NCBI RefSeq assembly: GCF_963921235.1
Contig: NC_086097.1
Coordinates: 129,396,001-129,460,000 of the forward strand
Direction: 5' to 3'
DNA: 64,000 nucleotides
Source: Mobula hypostoma
Lineage: Eukaryota
Positions within the stretch are counted from its first letter, which is position 1; every line of letters starts with the position of its first letter. The notes under the pieces are model-generated. The model was not told the origin of the DNA and did no database searches. It worked only from the letters and a program-made list of their open reading frames with translations. Of this stretch, positions 38,249 to 50,802 are shown in pieces. A program made the translations under genes and the position numbers.

Positions 38249-39349
38249 CCTCAGGGTTCTGTGTTGAGACTGATATTTTTTATGCTATGTGTCAATAATT
38301 TAGATGATCAAATTGATGGCTTTGTTGCAAAATTTGCAGACAATATGAAGATAGTAGATGGGCAGGTGGTTTTGAGGAAGTAGAGATGCTACAGAAGGAC
38401 TTAGATAGATTAGCAGAATTGGCAAAGAAATGGCAGATGGAATACACTGTCAGGAAGTATATGGTCATGTACCTTGGTAGAAGAAATGAATGGGTTGACT
38501 ATTTTCTAAATGGAGAGAAAATACAAAAAATCTGGGGTGCAAGGGGATTTGGGAGTCCTTGTGCAGGATTCCCTACAGATCAATTTTCAGGTTGACTTTG
38601 TGTTGAGGAAGGCAAATGCAATGTTAACATTCATTTCAAGAGGACTAGAATATAAAAACAAGGAAGTAATGTTGAAACTTTATAAATCACTGGCGAGGCC
38701 TCACTTGGAGCATTGTGAGCAGTTTTGGGCCCCTTATCTTAGAAAAGATGTGCTGAAACTGGAGTGGGTTCAAAGGAGGTTCACAAAAATTATTCAAGGA
38801 TTGAATGGCTTGTCATATGAAGAGCATTTGATGTCTCTGGACCTGTCTTTTCTAGAATTCAGAAGAATGAGGGGTGACCTCATTGAAACCTATTAACTGG
38901 TGAAAGGCCTTGATATAGTGGATTGGAGAGGATGTTTCCTATGGTGGGAGAATCCAAAACCAGAGGACACAGCCTCAGAATAGAGGGGTGTCCTTTTAGA
39001 ATGGAGATGAAGAGAAATTTCTTTAGCCAGAGAGTGGAGGATCTGTGGAATTCTTTGCTGCAGGCAGCTATGGAGATCAGGTCTTTCAGTATAATTAAGA
39101 CAGAGGCTTATAGATTCTTGATTGGTCAAGTCATGCAGGGGTATGAACAGAAGTTAGGAGATTGGGACTGAGAAGAAAATTGGATCAGCCATGTTGAAAA
39201 TGTGGAGTGGACTCAATGGGCCAAATGGCCTAATTCTGCTCCTATATCTTACGGTCTTACGGTCTAAACAATTTTTTTAAAATGGTAGGTGGGTGGGTAG
39301 GAGGATAAAACTCCTCAGCAGCATTCACAGAGACATAGAAAAATCAAAA

Positions 39350-39530
39350 AACTTGCAGATGCTGCAAATCTTAAAACAAAAACAGATGTTGAAACCACTC
39401 TTCATCTCAGGCAGCATCTGTGGAAGGAGAAACAGTTGACAGTTCAGGTGCAGGGCCCTTCATATGAACTCTTACCACAAGTACAACTGACCTGCTGCAT
39501 ACTTCCAACATATTCTGTTTTGGTTCACGG
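39350..39530. mobile_element. Old inverted Penelope pLTR pair
   Basis: tgcagatgctgcaaatct..tcaggcagcatctgtggaagg then ctgacctgctgcatacttccaacatattctg. Confidence 0.6.
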
Positions 39531-40089
39531 AAATATTCGACAATTTTAAATAGATTGAATAAGTGAAATATTTATCATTTTAAAAACATGCTCACTTTGA
39601 AATGTAGTTGGGTTTATAGTGATAAATTGCTTTACCTAATATTAAGTAAGATTAAATTGAACAATCAATTATTCAGGCTTTACGTGATCTAATGAGCTCC
39701 ATTTCACACATTCTCTTTTCTCTGCTAATGTCATGATTTTTGAGTTGGCTTCTGTATAATTACTCAGTTATTCTAGTTTAGCTGCTCTGAGCGTTGGACT
39801 TTTAGAGTCCTACTGAGATGTTTGACACCACTGCAAGAGGGGAAAGATAATTTGTTACAGTGCTTGCTCCCAATCGTAACCAGGCATTTTTGCCTGAAGT
39901 AGACATTGCATCGTACCTCCCGTTTTTGCACTGTTACTAGACTTGCTGCAATTACTTTACTCCAATAAAATCGTAACTATAGTTCATGTAATATTACTGT
40001 CCTCAAAATAAAACTGATGTACTCTTATTATACATCAGTAATCACTAATATATAATAAAGCAGTCTCTATATTATATTAAATTTTTTTA

Positions 40090-40265
40090 AACTGCCAATG
40101 AAAATCTGAAATAAAAGTAGAAAATCCTGAAAACACTCAGCAGATCAAGTATCATCTGCAGGAGGAGGAGCATACCTAAAGATCCTTTGACCTGAAATGT
40201 TAAGTCTGTTATTTCTCTTTACAGTTGCTGACTGACATGCTGAGTGTTTCCAACATCTTCTGCCT
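40090..40265. mobile_element. Old inverted Penelope pLTR pair
   Basis: gaaaatcctgaaaacactcagcagatcaagtatcatctgc ... ctgactgacatgctgagtgtttccaacatcttctg. Confidence 0.6.
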
Positions 40266-40529
40266 ACATGTGGTTGTTGGGGTGAGAACGAAACAGAATT
40301 GAGTGTGACCACCAATGTTCATATAGATTATTAAGGGACAGAATTAGGGAAGGCACTAGTGTGCATTTATTTGTCTCTGAACAGATTCAGAAAATGAAGA
40401 GAGAGGAAGATTCAGAAGAGGTAGGGAGTAATTTGACTGAATTAAAACAATAGGACTATAGACCAGTTTTATTTTTAATATTTGAGCGAATTTGGACACC
40501 CACTACCAGCTGATTAACCAGAGAACAGG

Positions 40530-40833
40530 TTAAGATAATATAAACTTTATTTGTCACATGTACATCAAAACATATGGCAAAATGTGAGGTTTGAATCAGA
40601 TCAAATCAGCAGAGATTATCCTGGGCAGCCCACAAGTGTCATCATGCTTCTAGTGCCAACATAGCAGGCCCACAACTCACTAACCCTAACCATACGTCTT
40701 TGGAATGTAGGAGGAAATAAACACCATCACAGAGAGAGCATTCAAACTTCTTAAAGGCAGCAGTGGGAATCGAACCCGTCTTACAGCTGGTGCTGCAATA
40801 GTGTTACACTAACCTCTACACTATGGTGCCACC
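40530..40833 (-). mobile_element. tRNA-derived SINE with Rex-like tail
   Basis: Minus strand: A-box-like tagtgtagaggttag, B-box gggttcgattccc; 3' end atgtgacaaataaag. Confidence 0.75.
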
Positions 40834-41699
40834 CTCCAATCAGGCAATGTTTCAAAGACCTAGGTTATTAAGTTAATAAGGACTGTATTTCCAAACTTTA
40901 AAGCTTGCTTCCAATAATCTTCTAGACATCTTCATGTCAAAACAGTCAGAGGAATGTAGGAGAGCTTTAGTTATAGTGAGAGTACAGGGATATTATATTA
41001 ATTACAGTTAGAATTCTACAGAAGTACATTAACTACCTGAAGATTACAGTTATAATGCAGTGAATACAGTTGTGTGCAATAACTGCTTCACTGAGAGTCT
41101 GGTAATATACATTAACTAGTTACTATTCTGTAACAGTAATTATGTTAATAAGTTCTAAAAGCTAAATCTCCCAGGCTTATTGGCCTTATTTAATGAATTA
41201 CAGCATTCTAGAGTCATACTGAACTTAAATAAATTTGCAAATCCCATCCAATAGAAAAGCAAAGAAATTTAGTCCATGAGAAGCTGGTAAAACGTACCAC
41301 TCTAAAAGAACTCTTGAACAAACAAAACTGACATATAAATAAAAAAAATAACTATTAACATGTTTGATGCCTTTGTCATGTTTCAATGTTGTTTGCATTA
41401 TCCTTTACCGGATCTGTATTTCGTGTTGTCAAAAGAGGTGTTGCCCCTCTACCATTACCCCAGATAATTAGTAGTCAACACCAGTTCACTGTTTTCTTTC
41501 AAACCAAAGTTAGGTAATGAAAAATAGAATAGTTGTTGGGTGTGCTCCAGATAGAACCAGCTTTAGGCTATAAACTCCCATTGGGATAATAGGTGAGAGT
41601 GTATGTCAATAGGTGGTTTATTAAGACTACCTCCTTCACTACCCGTCTACCTCTGACACCACTTCAGCAAACTGTGTCTTTCCATTCTTTGGCCTCTCT

Positions 41700-42700
41700 G
41701 TTCCATAATATCTCTCAGGGCCCTACCATTTACTATATAAGTCACACCATGGCTTGATCTCCCAATACATCATACTTGTCAGGATTGAAATGCCAATCCG
41801 CAGCTCACATATCTTCCTGTATTTTTTCATAACCTTATCTAGAGTCTACAACACCACCTTGCATCATTCACAAATTTAATAGCAATACCTTGTACGTTCA
41901 CATCCAAATCCTTTATGCCTTAGGGAGGCCTTCTGCTGGTTGATATCGACCACAGATGTTGCGTCTTAGCTGTCTGCAAGCCAGGGGAGTGTGATATAAG
42001 GAGCAAGCTGGTGCTTATGCAGCAGGGTCCCCCTCTCCACGCCGCTGATGAATCCAAAGGAACGGCAGTTTGCAACTTTATGTAAATTACAAACAGCAAA
42101 GGTCTCAGCTCAATTCCCTGTGACACATCAGTGCACAGAGGCCTCCAGCCTATGAAACAACCCTCAGACATTACCTTCTGCTTCCTACCACTGAGTCAAT
42201 TACAGATTCAATCCACTATCCTTCCCATGTAATTTAATCTTCCAGACTAGCCTGAAGGATGTGTTAAAAGGCCTTGTTAAAGTCTATATAGACAACATCC
42301 ACTGCCCTATCCTCATCTATCCTTATGGTTACCTCCTCAAAGAACTCTAAGAGATTTGTCAGAAGTGACTTCCCACACACAGCACCATGCTGTCTATCCC
42401 AAATCAGAATTCATCTCTCTAAATGTTGGGAATTCCTGTCCCTCAGAATTCCTTCCATCAATTTACCCCCAACCAATATCAGACTCACCAGCCTATAGTT
42501 TTGTAGCTTGATTTTGCTACTCCTTTTGGACCATGGTACCATGGTACCATAGAAGCCACTCTCCAGTCCTCGGGAACCTCACCTGTGTTCAGAGATGAAT
42601 CAAAAATCTCTGCAAGGGCTCTGTAGTTTCTTACCTAGCTTTCCACAGATCTGAAAATGCACCAGGCCATGCCTTGGGGATTTATCTGCCTTAGTGGCCT
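41700..42700 (-). mobile_element. Old CR1 RT fragment
   Basis: WRPLCTDVSQGIELRPLLFVIYI; ggccttgttaaagtctatatagacaacatccactgc (reverse of VDVVYIDFNKAF). Confidence 0.75.
41918..42070 (+). mobile_element. RTE-related 5'UTR fragment inserted in CR1
   Basis: ccccctctccacgccgctgatgaatccaaagg is homologous to the reverse complement of ~49300-49345. Confidence 0.5.
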
Positions 42701-42754
42701 CCAAAACCTCCTTTCTCCTAATTTGTGTGTAGTTTTTTCATTGTACCTCATGCT

Positions 42755-42858
42755 ACATGAGAACATTGGCCTTGACTTTGGACAAGCCTTTGGAACAGAT
42801 CTTGAACCCATAGCCTTCCCAGTCATGAGAGCATGACCTACTATGCCACATCTGATGT
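42755..42858 (-). mobile_element. Decayed tRNA-derived SINE head
   Basis: gatcttgaacccatagccttcccagtcatgagagcatgacctactatgcca (reverse B-box/A-box pattern). Confidence 0.45.
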
Positions 42859-43921
42859 TAAAGCTGAGCAGGACCTGATCACAAAACACCTGGTGCTCAG
42901 CAGCAATTGGCTTACAATGATCAGGAATAGATTTGTTCCACAGTTTTTCTTCAACCAAAGGGAGCTACCACACCATTGCTGACACTTCCCAGTAGTACCA
43001 ATAGAGCTCAGCAAGCAAACCAGGTAACTTGCTGTACTGTGGTCCTCAGGAGCAGTCACCACGTCACTATCTTCAATCCACAACTAAAAGATGTTAAAAA
43101 TAAGCAAGATTGTGCCGGAAGCACATCGCCGCTCAAGGAGTGTGTGTGAAAATAAGTTTAAAATTGATGTCATTTCATCGGAAAGGATTATGCACCCAGC
43201 AACATCTTTGCAATAACAGTGCATTCCAAGCCACCTCAGAACACTCTGTTGGGTTCTGTCTTACTTCCAGTCAATTTCTAATTACAAACTCAGCACTTAT
43301 TTTGCTGTTCAGCTGTGTTCGTGTATTTGTTCCCCGATGTGTGTAAAATGTAAACATTATTGGCTTCAGAAAAGTTGTAGCTTCACAGCAGTTTACAAGG
43401 TGGTGAACAAGCTTCATGGAGTAGTATACTCCATTCAGTCAAATACGTTAAAGGAAATTGAGCATGACGCCAAAGTGTATACTCATCTGCTAGGTTCACA
43501 GAAAGCTTATAATCTACAAATGTAAAGTGTCATTTTTCATGTTCCTACTTTGTTTGCTGTTGGAAGGGCTCCCTGAGATCTAAGGAATTTCAGATGGGAA
43601 TGTCAAATAACGATGAATTAGCTGTGAGGAAATCACTTTAGAAGTACCACATTCCATCAGGTGCGTTCCAGTCCCTGTATGAGAGAATACTTATAAGAGA
43701 ACACTTTCTACAGCCTCCTGGATATATAAAGTCTGTTCCCTCCCATGAATAATAAAGGGGAGTGAGGGTGGGGTTGGGAGGAGAGTGGTGGGTGCAGAGG
43801 AAGCAGAATGCATAACATCCTAATTATTATTTTTCTTACAGCAGTAAGACTACTTAAAATGGGAGGAAAAACAAAGCATATTGGGCAGAATCAAACCTTG
43901 CTTATTGAGTAGTGACAGATT

Positions 43922-44265
43922 CTTCTTCTTCTTCTTCTTCTTCTTCCTGCGCACTTATCTCCTGGTGGAGTCATCGGGGCGCCGTTGTGACAAGCTGTGC
44001 ACCAGCTTTTTGGTGTGCTCATCATGCGGCGTGTCTTGGGCATCTGAAACCTAGCAGAGCCCATCCCTCTCCAGGTTTGATAGCTGATTTCCTCTAACTA
44101 GATGGCTCGCCTTGATGATGTGGTCCTTATAGTTCATCCAAGAACCTTTCCGCCCCAGCCAGTGACTTCATCATGGAAGTCTTTCGCCCAGTGGTGCCAT
44201 GTTAACACCACCCCCTCACGTGGTTTAGCCTGCCAGCTGAAGCGGTTTACCGGGATATGGGGTAT
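43922..44265 (-). mobile_element. Non-autonomous RTE-like retroposon with (GAA)n tail
   Basis: (ttc)n at ~43920-43946; perfect TSD gtgacagatt (43912-43921/44266-44275); CpG-retaining. Confidence 0.75.
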
Positions 44266-45039
44266 GTGACAGATTATACAATTAATAATTAATTTTAATA
44301 CGCCTCCATAAAAGTTTAACATTTTTCAATGTTGTATGTTTCTGCATGGGGGACTGTACTGTTAGTGATTTCTCATGTCTTGATGCTCATCAGATTCCAA
44401 TGAATTGGTTAATAAATGTGGCCGGGAATTAACAATCACAATGGTTATTCTGCATCTATAATAAGGCTTGTCAGCAGTTTATGGAATGGCAGACAACGGC
44501 TGCGGACTTTTCTTTGGTCTAATTCAGTGTGGTCTGTTTAAAAATTTCTGTGCAGAGAGAAAGTTAACGTGATAATGGCTGTGTTTAGTAGGCATGACTA
44601 GATATAGTCCAGATTCAGCCAAGCTGCAGTGTAGATATATCGTGCAATTTAAATTCCACAGATGTGACATTAGATAGTAGCTACAAGGCTTTTGTGAGGC
44701 TCACAATTCAAAACAAGAAAGAACAAAGATTCCTTTAATACTTGAAACAGCAAACACGAATGCAAACTGTTAATGTGGATTCACTAATTTGAATCAAGAC
44801 TTTTGTAATAGTCAGGATAGGAAATAAATGCAAATTTAGTCATTCAAAATAAGCATGGCATGAAAAAGACAAAGGCATCAGTGATGGATTTCAAGACATC
44901 ATGAAGGATTAATTGACTGAATTTTAGACATTGCACAGACAAATCTTCTGAGTACTTATAATTTTGTAAGAAATAATCACTTTCTTCAACCGAAACTTGC
45001 TGATTATATGCAATAATGCTGTCAATTTCAATTGTTAGA

Positions 45040-46320
45040 AATATAGAACATGAACACACAACAGGCCCTTCAGCCCATAATGTCTGTGTTGACCAGGAGG
45101 TCACATTAACCTAATATCTTTTGCATGCAATGGTCCATATCCCTCTAATCCCTGCCTGTTTAAATGTCTCTTAAACACTGTTCTCATATCTGCTTCTACT
45201 ACTTCCTCCAGCAATGCCTTCCAGGCACCTACCGCTCTTTGTGAAAAAAAACTTGCTCACATAATCTCCTTTAAACTTCCCCTCTCATTTTAAACGTATG
45301 TCCTCTAGCATTTAACATTTCCATCCTGGGATAAAGACTATCTGCCCTTTCTATGGCTTTCATAATTTTATATGCTTCTATCAGGTCACCACACAACCTC
45401 TGATGCCCCAGAGAAAACAATCCAATTTTGTCCAATTTCTTATAGCGACTATGCCCCAGGCAACATCTTGGTGAATTTCTTCATCACCCCTCCAAAACCT
45501 GCACATCTTCCCTATATTGTGGCAACCAGAACTACACAAAGCACTCCAAATGTGGTTTAGCTAATCTATTATATAGCTGCAAAATGACTTGCCAGCTTAG
45601 TACCCTGACAAACAGAGGCAAGCATATCATGTGCCTTCTTTGCCACTCTATCACTCATGATGCCAATTTCAAGGAGCTATGGAATTGCACCACAAGATCC
45701 TTCTGTCCACCAATGTTCCGAAGGATCCTACCATTTACTGTATACTCTTACATTTGACCTTCCAAAATGTAACACCTTGGCGACCCATTTTCTAGCACCC
45801 ACGAACCGGCTCACGAAACAGCGCACACAGGCAGAGGGCTGGCCGCAAAAGGGGCGCCAGACCATCTTCACCAGCAGGGCAAAAATCCCGCGCGCGGAAA
45901 CGGTCTGGGAATATGCATTCCCCACAGTAGTCCCGCCCCAGGGAGGGTGGGAACGGGAAGGCTTTAAAGCAGGCCGCGAAGTTTGAATAAATCTCTTTAT
46001 TGCAACTCCAACTCACCGACTCCGTGTGATTATTCTAGCGCTGTGTGTAGCACACCGCTACAACCTCACACTTGTCTGGAATAAACTCCATTTGCAGTTT
46101 CTCTGCCAAGTTTTCAACTGAATATACAGTATAATGCTGCATCCCTTGATTACCTTCCTCACTGACCACAACTTTTGTGTCGTGACTTACTAATCAAACC
46201 ACTTATATTTTTATCCAATTGATTAATATAAATGACAAATAAAAGAGATCCTTGTGGAACATCGCTGATGAAAGACCTCAAATCAGAAAAGCACCCTCTG
46301 CCACTGTCCTCTGTCCCTGT
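45040..46320 (-). mobile_element. CR1 3' fragment hosting a solo LTR
   Basis: tagaaatatagaaca..acaggcccttcagccc tail; ttgaccttccaaaatgtaacacct|cacacttgtctgg continuity. Confidence 0.8.
45778..46062 (+). mobile_element. Young solo LTR (~285 bp), probably Gypsy
   Basis: TG..CA termini (tggcg../..cgctaca); 4-bp TSD acct (45774-45777/46063-46066); tttaaa then aataaa (~45963-45991); CpG-rich. Confidence 0.85.
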
Positions 46321-47509
46321 CCACCTAAAATGAATTCTGATGATTTTTCAGATTCTAAGTTTGAGTTTCAAATCCAACATAACTTAAAAGAACAAAATCT
46401 TGTAACTTGCCACTGATTTTGCAATTGCAATTTGAGATTAGTTTGAGTTGGGCTAATTGTTGCTTGAATGCTGGTAAATCTTCTATATTAGTATTTCAGA
46501 TGTGAAGTATGGGCCTGCAGATCAAGAAATCATTGGGTTTTATATAACTGGGGTTAATGAAGGGAACAGTGCTGAAAATTTGAACCAATTGAATTTGGCT
46601 TGTGAGGATGATCATTAGCTTCCCAGAGCCAATACTGTTGGATTATATGATGAGGTCCATTATTGCCCACTATCATTCTCTGATTGAATTTTCAATCACA
46701 GGCTCCCCATGCTGAATCACATCACTCCCCGAGAGATTAAGAGGGAGATTGCCACAGGCTAGCCAACCAAAAAGTGCACGTTAACTCAAACTGACTGTTT
46801 TTCACTCACCAACAACACAGTGGCATCACATATCTGCATCTGACAGAGACTACAATATCTGAACCTTTCAGAGGAAGTGCTGTGACAGGAGGACAAACAT
46901 TGGTGACCAACCAGTCCCTTGTCATAGACTCCATTGACTCGTCACATCATCAGAAGATCTTTGAAGGCTACTCTGCAGTTGACCAAAATTGCTACAATCT
47001 CCAGGGAAAAAAAAACCGCAGCTGCAGTGTAGAATTAACCACGTCATTCATTGTAGATGAGCCTGCCAGTTCGAGCCGCACCTGGTCACTGGAAATGGCA
47101 TGGCTTGACATGGAGAGTTTGCAAGTGCTAAAGAATAAAATCAGCTAGGAACATTTCACCTTTGTCATGTTTTTGGCATTGGAAGTTCTATTTTTCTTTG
47201 TCTATCTTCCTTAAGAATCACACACAGAATTAAGTGTATTGCATCCACAAAAACTGGTATCAGATAACCAAGGAATGTTTGAGGGCATTCAGCCCATCAT
47301 GTAGCTTGAAAGTGTGACTTAATTACTCTCCCTCCTCTGCTCATCCCTGTAGAGTTGAGCAAATTCAGATGTGCACTTACGATTTGTTACAAAGGCTGAA
47401 GCATGACGTCAAATCATCATATTTAAAAATGGACTTGTTTGATGAGGGACAGACAATGTTCATCATTCCTGTCTGATGGTTCTTGAGAACGAGATGGTGT
47501 CTCTTCTTG

Positions 47510-47625
47510 GCTCACACGTGCACAGTAAGAATATACAAACTTTCTTACAGAGGACAATAGAATTGAACTCTGAACTCCAATGCCCCGAGCTGTAATAGTG
47601 TCGCACTAACCATTCGCTACCGTGG
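47510..47625 (-). mobile_element. tRNA-derived SINE 5' part
   Basis: aagaatatacaaactttcttacag..gaattgaactc..tcgcactaaccattcgctaccgt. Confidence 0.6.
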
Positions 47626-47651
47626 TGATTCAGATTTTAACTAAAAACTCT

Positions 47652-47875
47652 AGAGACTGCAGATGCTGGAATCTGGGGTATAAAACAAACTACTGGAAGA
47701 ACAGTGGCTCAGGCAGCAACTGTACAAGGAAATGGGGTCAGTGTTTGGGATTAAGACCCTTCATCTGGACTGGCTTCTCCAGAAGTTTGATTTTTCCTGA
47801 TGATCTCACCTCTATTTCTCTCTCCACATATGCTGCCTTGCCTGTTCCGTATTTTCAGGACTTTCTGTTTGTACT
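47652..47875. mobile_element. Old inverted Penelope pLTR pair
   Basis: gactgcagatgctggaatctg..gacccttcatctggactgg then ctccacatatgctgccttgcctg. Confidence 0.6.
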
Positions 47876-48536
47876 ACAGATAATTAACAGACCCTAATCA
47901 TGCTTTAGCATAGTGCAGAAAGCTTGTTAAACTGCCTGAAACACCCAATTCATTCAGAGCAGAACCAATGTAATTCAATTCAGACTGTTAAAGATTGGCA
48001 TCATTTGCTCAAATTAGGAGAGCAAGAGGAAACACATAATGGATGTGAGACTGTGAGTAGTGAACTACGTGGGTCCATACAGATCATTCTGATCCTACAC
48101 CTTTATCCCTACAAAAGTTGTATTATATAAGAGACAACATGGTTACTAAGGTTAAGGACCACAAAGCAAATGCATCATATTATCTTATGCTTGTTGCACA
48201 CAACCCATTGTTACATAAATAAAGGGAAATTCTCAACACCACAAATGCTGTAATCAGTGCTTAGCTGGGTAAAAATTATGTGCCAGAGCAATTTGTAAGA
48301 GAGGACAATAGTAGAAGCGAAGCACTTAGTCTTGTATTCGTCCAGAAAGCCTAGAGCAATTTTTGTTCAAATGTTTGTATAAAGTTCTGCCTTCTATCCT
48401 TTTATTTAATGGAAGGACTCCATGTAGACCTCCAGGGCAAAATGTCAGCAATGGATTCCCATCACATGCCTTCTGCATTTGGCACAGGCTGGTGCACCTC
48501 AGAGAGTTTATGTTCTCCCTTGACCTCCACCAATGC

Positions 48537-49110
48537 CCTTGTACAGAAAGCCTCCAAAAAGTAATAAATATGGCCCAGCCCAACACAGGTCAAGACCCCC
48601 CCCCACCCCCACCATTGAGCACATCTACATGGAACACTGTCGCAGGAAAGCAGCGTCCAGCATTAGGGACTCCCACCATCCAGGCCATGCTCTCTTCTCA
48701 CTGCTGCCATCAGGAAGAAGGTATAGGGGCCTCAGGACCCACACCACCAGATTCAGGAGCAGTTATTACCCCTCAGCCGTCAGGCTTTTGAACCAGAGAG
48801 GATAACTTCACTCACCCCATCACTGAACCGTACCCACAACCTACGGACTCACATTCAAGAACTCTTCATCTCATGTTCTTGATATTTATTGTTTATTTAT
48901 TTATTATTATTGTTATGATTCCTTCTTATCTCTCTTTATTTTTATATTTGCAGTTTTTTTTTACATTGGTTGCTTATCCAGACTGTTGAGTGCGGTCTTT
49001 CATTGATTCTATTGTATTGCTTGTATTTACTGTGAGTATCCCCAAGAAAATAACTCAAGGTTGTGTATGGTGACATGTATGAACTCTGATAATAAAGTTA
49101 CTTTGAACTC
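48537..49110 (+). mobile_element. Rex1/Babar 3' fragment
   Basis: PTIEHIYMEHCRRKAASSIRDSHHPGHALFSLLPSGRRYRGLRTHTTRFRSSYYP; aataaagttactttgaact tail. Confidence 0.88.
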
Positions 49111-49179
49111 TAATAGTTAGGGGAGCAGTGCAGAATCTGTCAATAAGAAAATCGGATCTGATTAAATGGAATTCAGATA

Positions 49180-49427
49180 ATCCATGGATGCTTAGGTACA
49201 GATCCGGAGCTGGAGTCTCTAAGGCAGTCCGACGTTGCCTTCAACCTCCCTCCGGCAACTCCTGTGACAACACCGGTGCCAAGCTGTATCGGCCCTTGCC
49301 CTTTCCTTGGACAACATCGGTGTCGTGGAGAGGGGAGACTTGCTGCCTGGGCACCTGCCGGCCTTCCATACAACCTTGTCCAGGCGCAGATCCACGGTCT
49401 CACGAGACTGACGGATGCCACCTAGAC
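49180..49427 (-). mobile_element. RTE-derived non-autonomous element
   Basis: Minus strand ggcatccgtcagtctcgtgagaccgtggatctgcgcc..ctcccctctccacgacaccgatgttgtccaagg; TSD tcagata (49173-49179/49428-49434). Confidence 0.6.
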
Positions 49428-49894
49428 TCAGATATGACCATGCCACTTGTAAATGGCATTTGAGATGCTGTTGTATAGCACTAGAAAACTTGCAGTCATC
49501 TGGCATGTAACAGAAGCTCATTTTTTTACCCCAGCAGAGTACAAACACAACCTTAATCATTTGTTGCATCCTGCAACTACCTGGTAGCACACAGCAATGC
49601 AGATGTTGATATCACGTTTGTTCACACTGAGAGCACTACCTGTGTCTTGCTCCTTGATAAAGCTGGATGGAATAGCACAGGTATTAAATTGCAACTTCTT
49701 TGAGACACTATCCCCTTGTCTACAATTTCTCGGAGTTCCTGGTAGATGAACAGGCAGTTCATTTTCATTGTGCAATAATAAATCCTCATGGTTATTGCAA
49801 GTGCCCAATTCCAATATTTATTCTTCATTCAAATTTTCCAGGAATCAGATCAGTTGCCCACTACTATTGGTGGGGGGGAGGGGGGAGTGGAGAG

Positions 49895-50140
49895 GACAAT
49901 GGTGCAGGAAGTAGATCTACCGACTCCCAGCTCCAGTGTCCCTGGTCCAATCATGACCTCTGATGCTGCCTGTGTGGAGTTTGAAAGTTCACCCAAGGTG
50001 GGTTTCATCCCACATCCAAATCACACACAGGTTGATAGGTTGATGGGGTAATGGGGCACTGTAAATATTCCAACTGTCTAGTTGAGTAGTAGAAGTTAGC
50101 GGAGTTAATGGGAATGTAGGGAGCAGAATGTGGGATTGGT
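49895..50140 (+). mobile_element. Decayed V-domain SINE
   Basis: cagctccagtgtccctggtccaatcatgacctctgatgctgcctgtgtggagtttg..cccacatccaaa. Confidence 0.6.
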
Positions 50141-50336
50141 ATAGAATTCAGATAGCTAACGTTGGTCCTTTCTTTAAGAAGGGCAGCTGGAGTACATTAG
50201 GTAAATACAGGCCAATAAGCCTTAAATCAGTGGCAGGGATATTTTTAGAGAAAATTCTAAGGGAACAGGATTTATGTCCATTTTGAAAGGCAAGGACTGA
50301 TTAGCTCCATAACTTGAGTTTTTAGGGGAGGTAACA

Positions 50337-50620
50337 AAGGGTGGAAGGGTGGAGATATGTCTCCACCAAATGAGGGGTAAAGCAATCCTTCCCTCAGCTA
50401 GCCTGCAGATCACCCTTGGGCAAGGTGCAGCACCTGTTTAGCCCCCATTTGGGGTCACTTGAAGCCATGGTAACAGGTGATGGATGGCCATATGAACAGC
50501 CAGTGCATATCACAAGTACTGGTTATGCGGTCACTGACGCAAGGCAGACAATCTCTGAAGAGTATTGATAATGGCTGGGGTCACCCATCTTGTAAAAACA
50601 CGTCCTAGAAGAAGGCAATG
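50337..50620 (+). mobile_element. RTE/BovB-like 5' region fragment among CR1 debris
   Basis: Ends in gaagaaggcaatg, resembling the BovB-type gagaaggcaatggc motif; structured 5' end. Confidence 0.55.
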
Positions 50621-50802
50621 ACAGCCTTCTACACTATGCACAATAGCACCACCATTCCACTTCCTCATCTAAGTCAGCTATAGAAATCACAAAGAGCAGA
50701 TCCATGCAGAACGTCACTAGTCATGGACCTCAAATAGGGTGATGAAGAAAGCATTTTGGCATCCTTACCTGCATAAGTCAGGAAAAGAATATTAGTCAAG
50801 AT

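Larger units (their letters stand above)
36090..39268 (+). mobile_element. CR1 LINE ORF2 fragment to 3' end, hosting a hAT and a CR1 insertion
   Basis: WLTREVKANIK..; QHGFLMGKSCLTNLLEFF..YLDFQKAFDKVPH; (tcttacgg)n tail. Confidence 0.92.

Noticed and set aside
40760..40833. tRNA gene
   Set aside because: The A/B boxes belong to a SINE head; no cloverleaf, and it continues into SINE body
45905..45935. ZNF143/SBS site in the solo LTR
   Set aside because: Only a partial match (ggactac...ttccca) with wrong spacing
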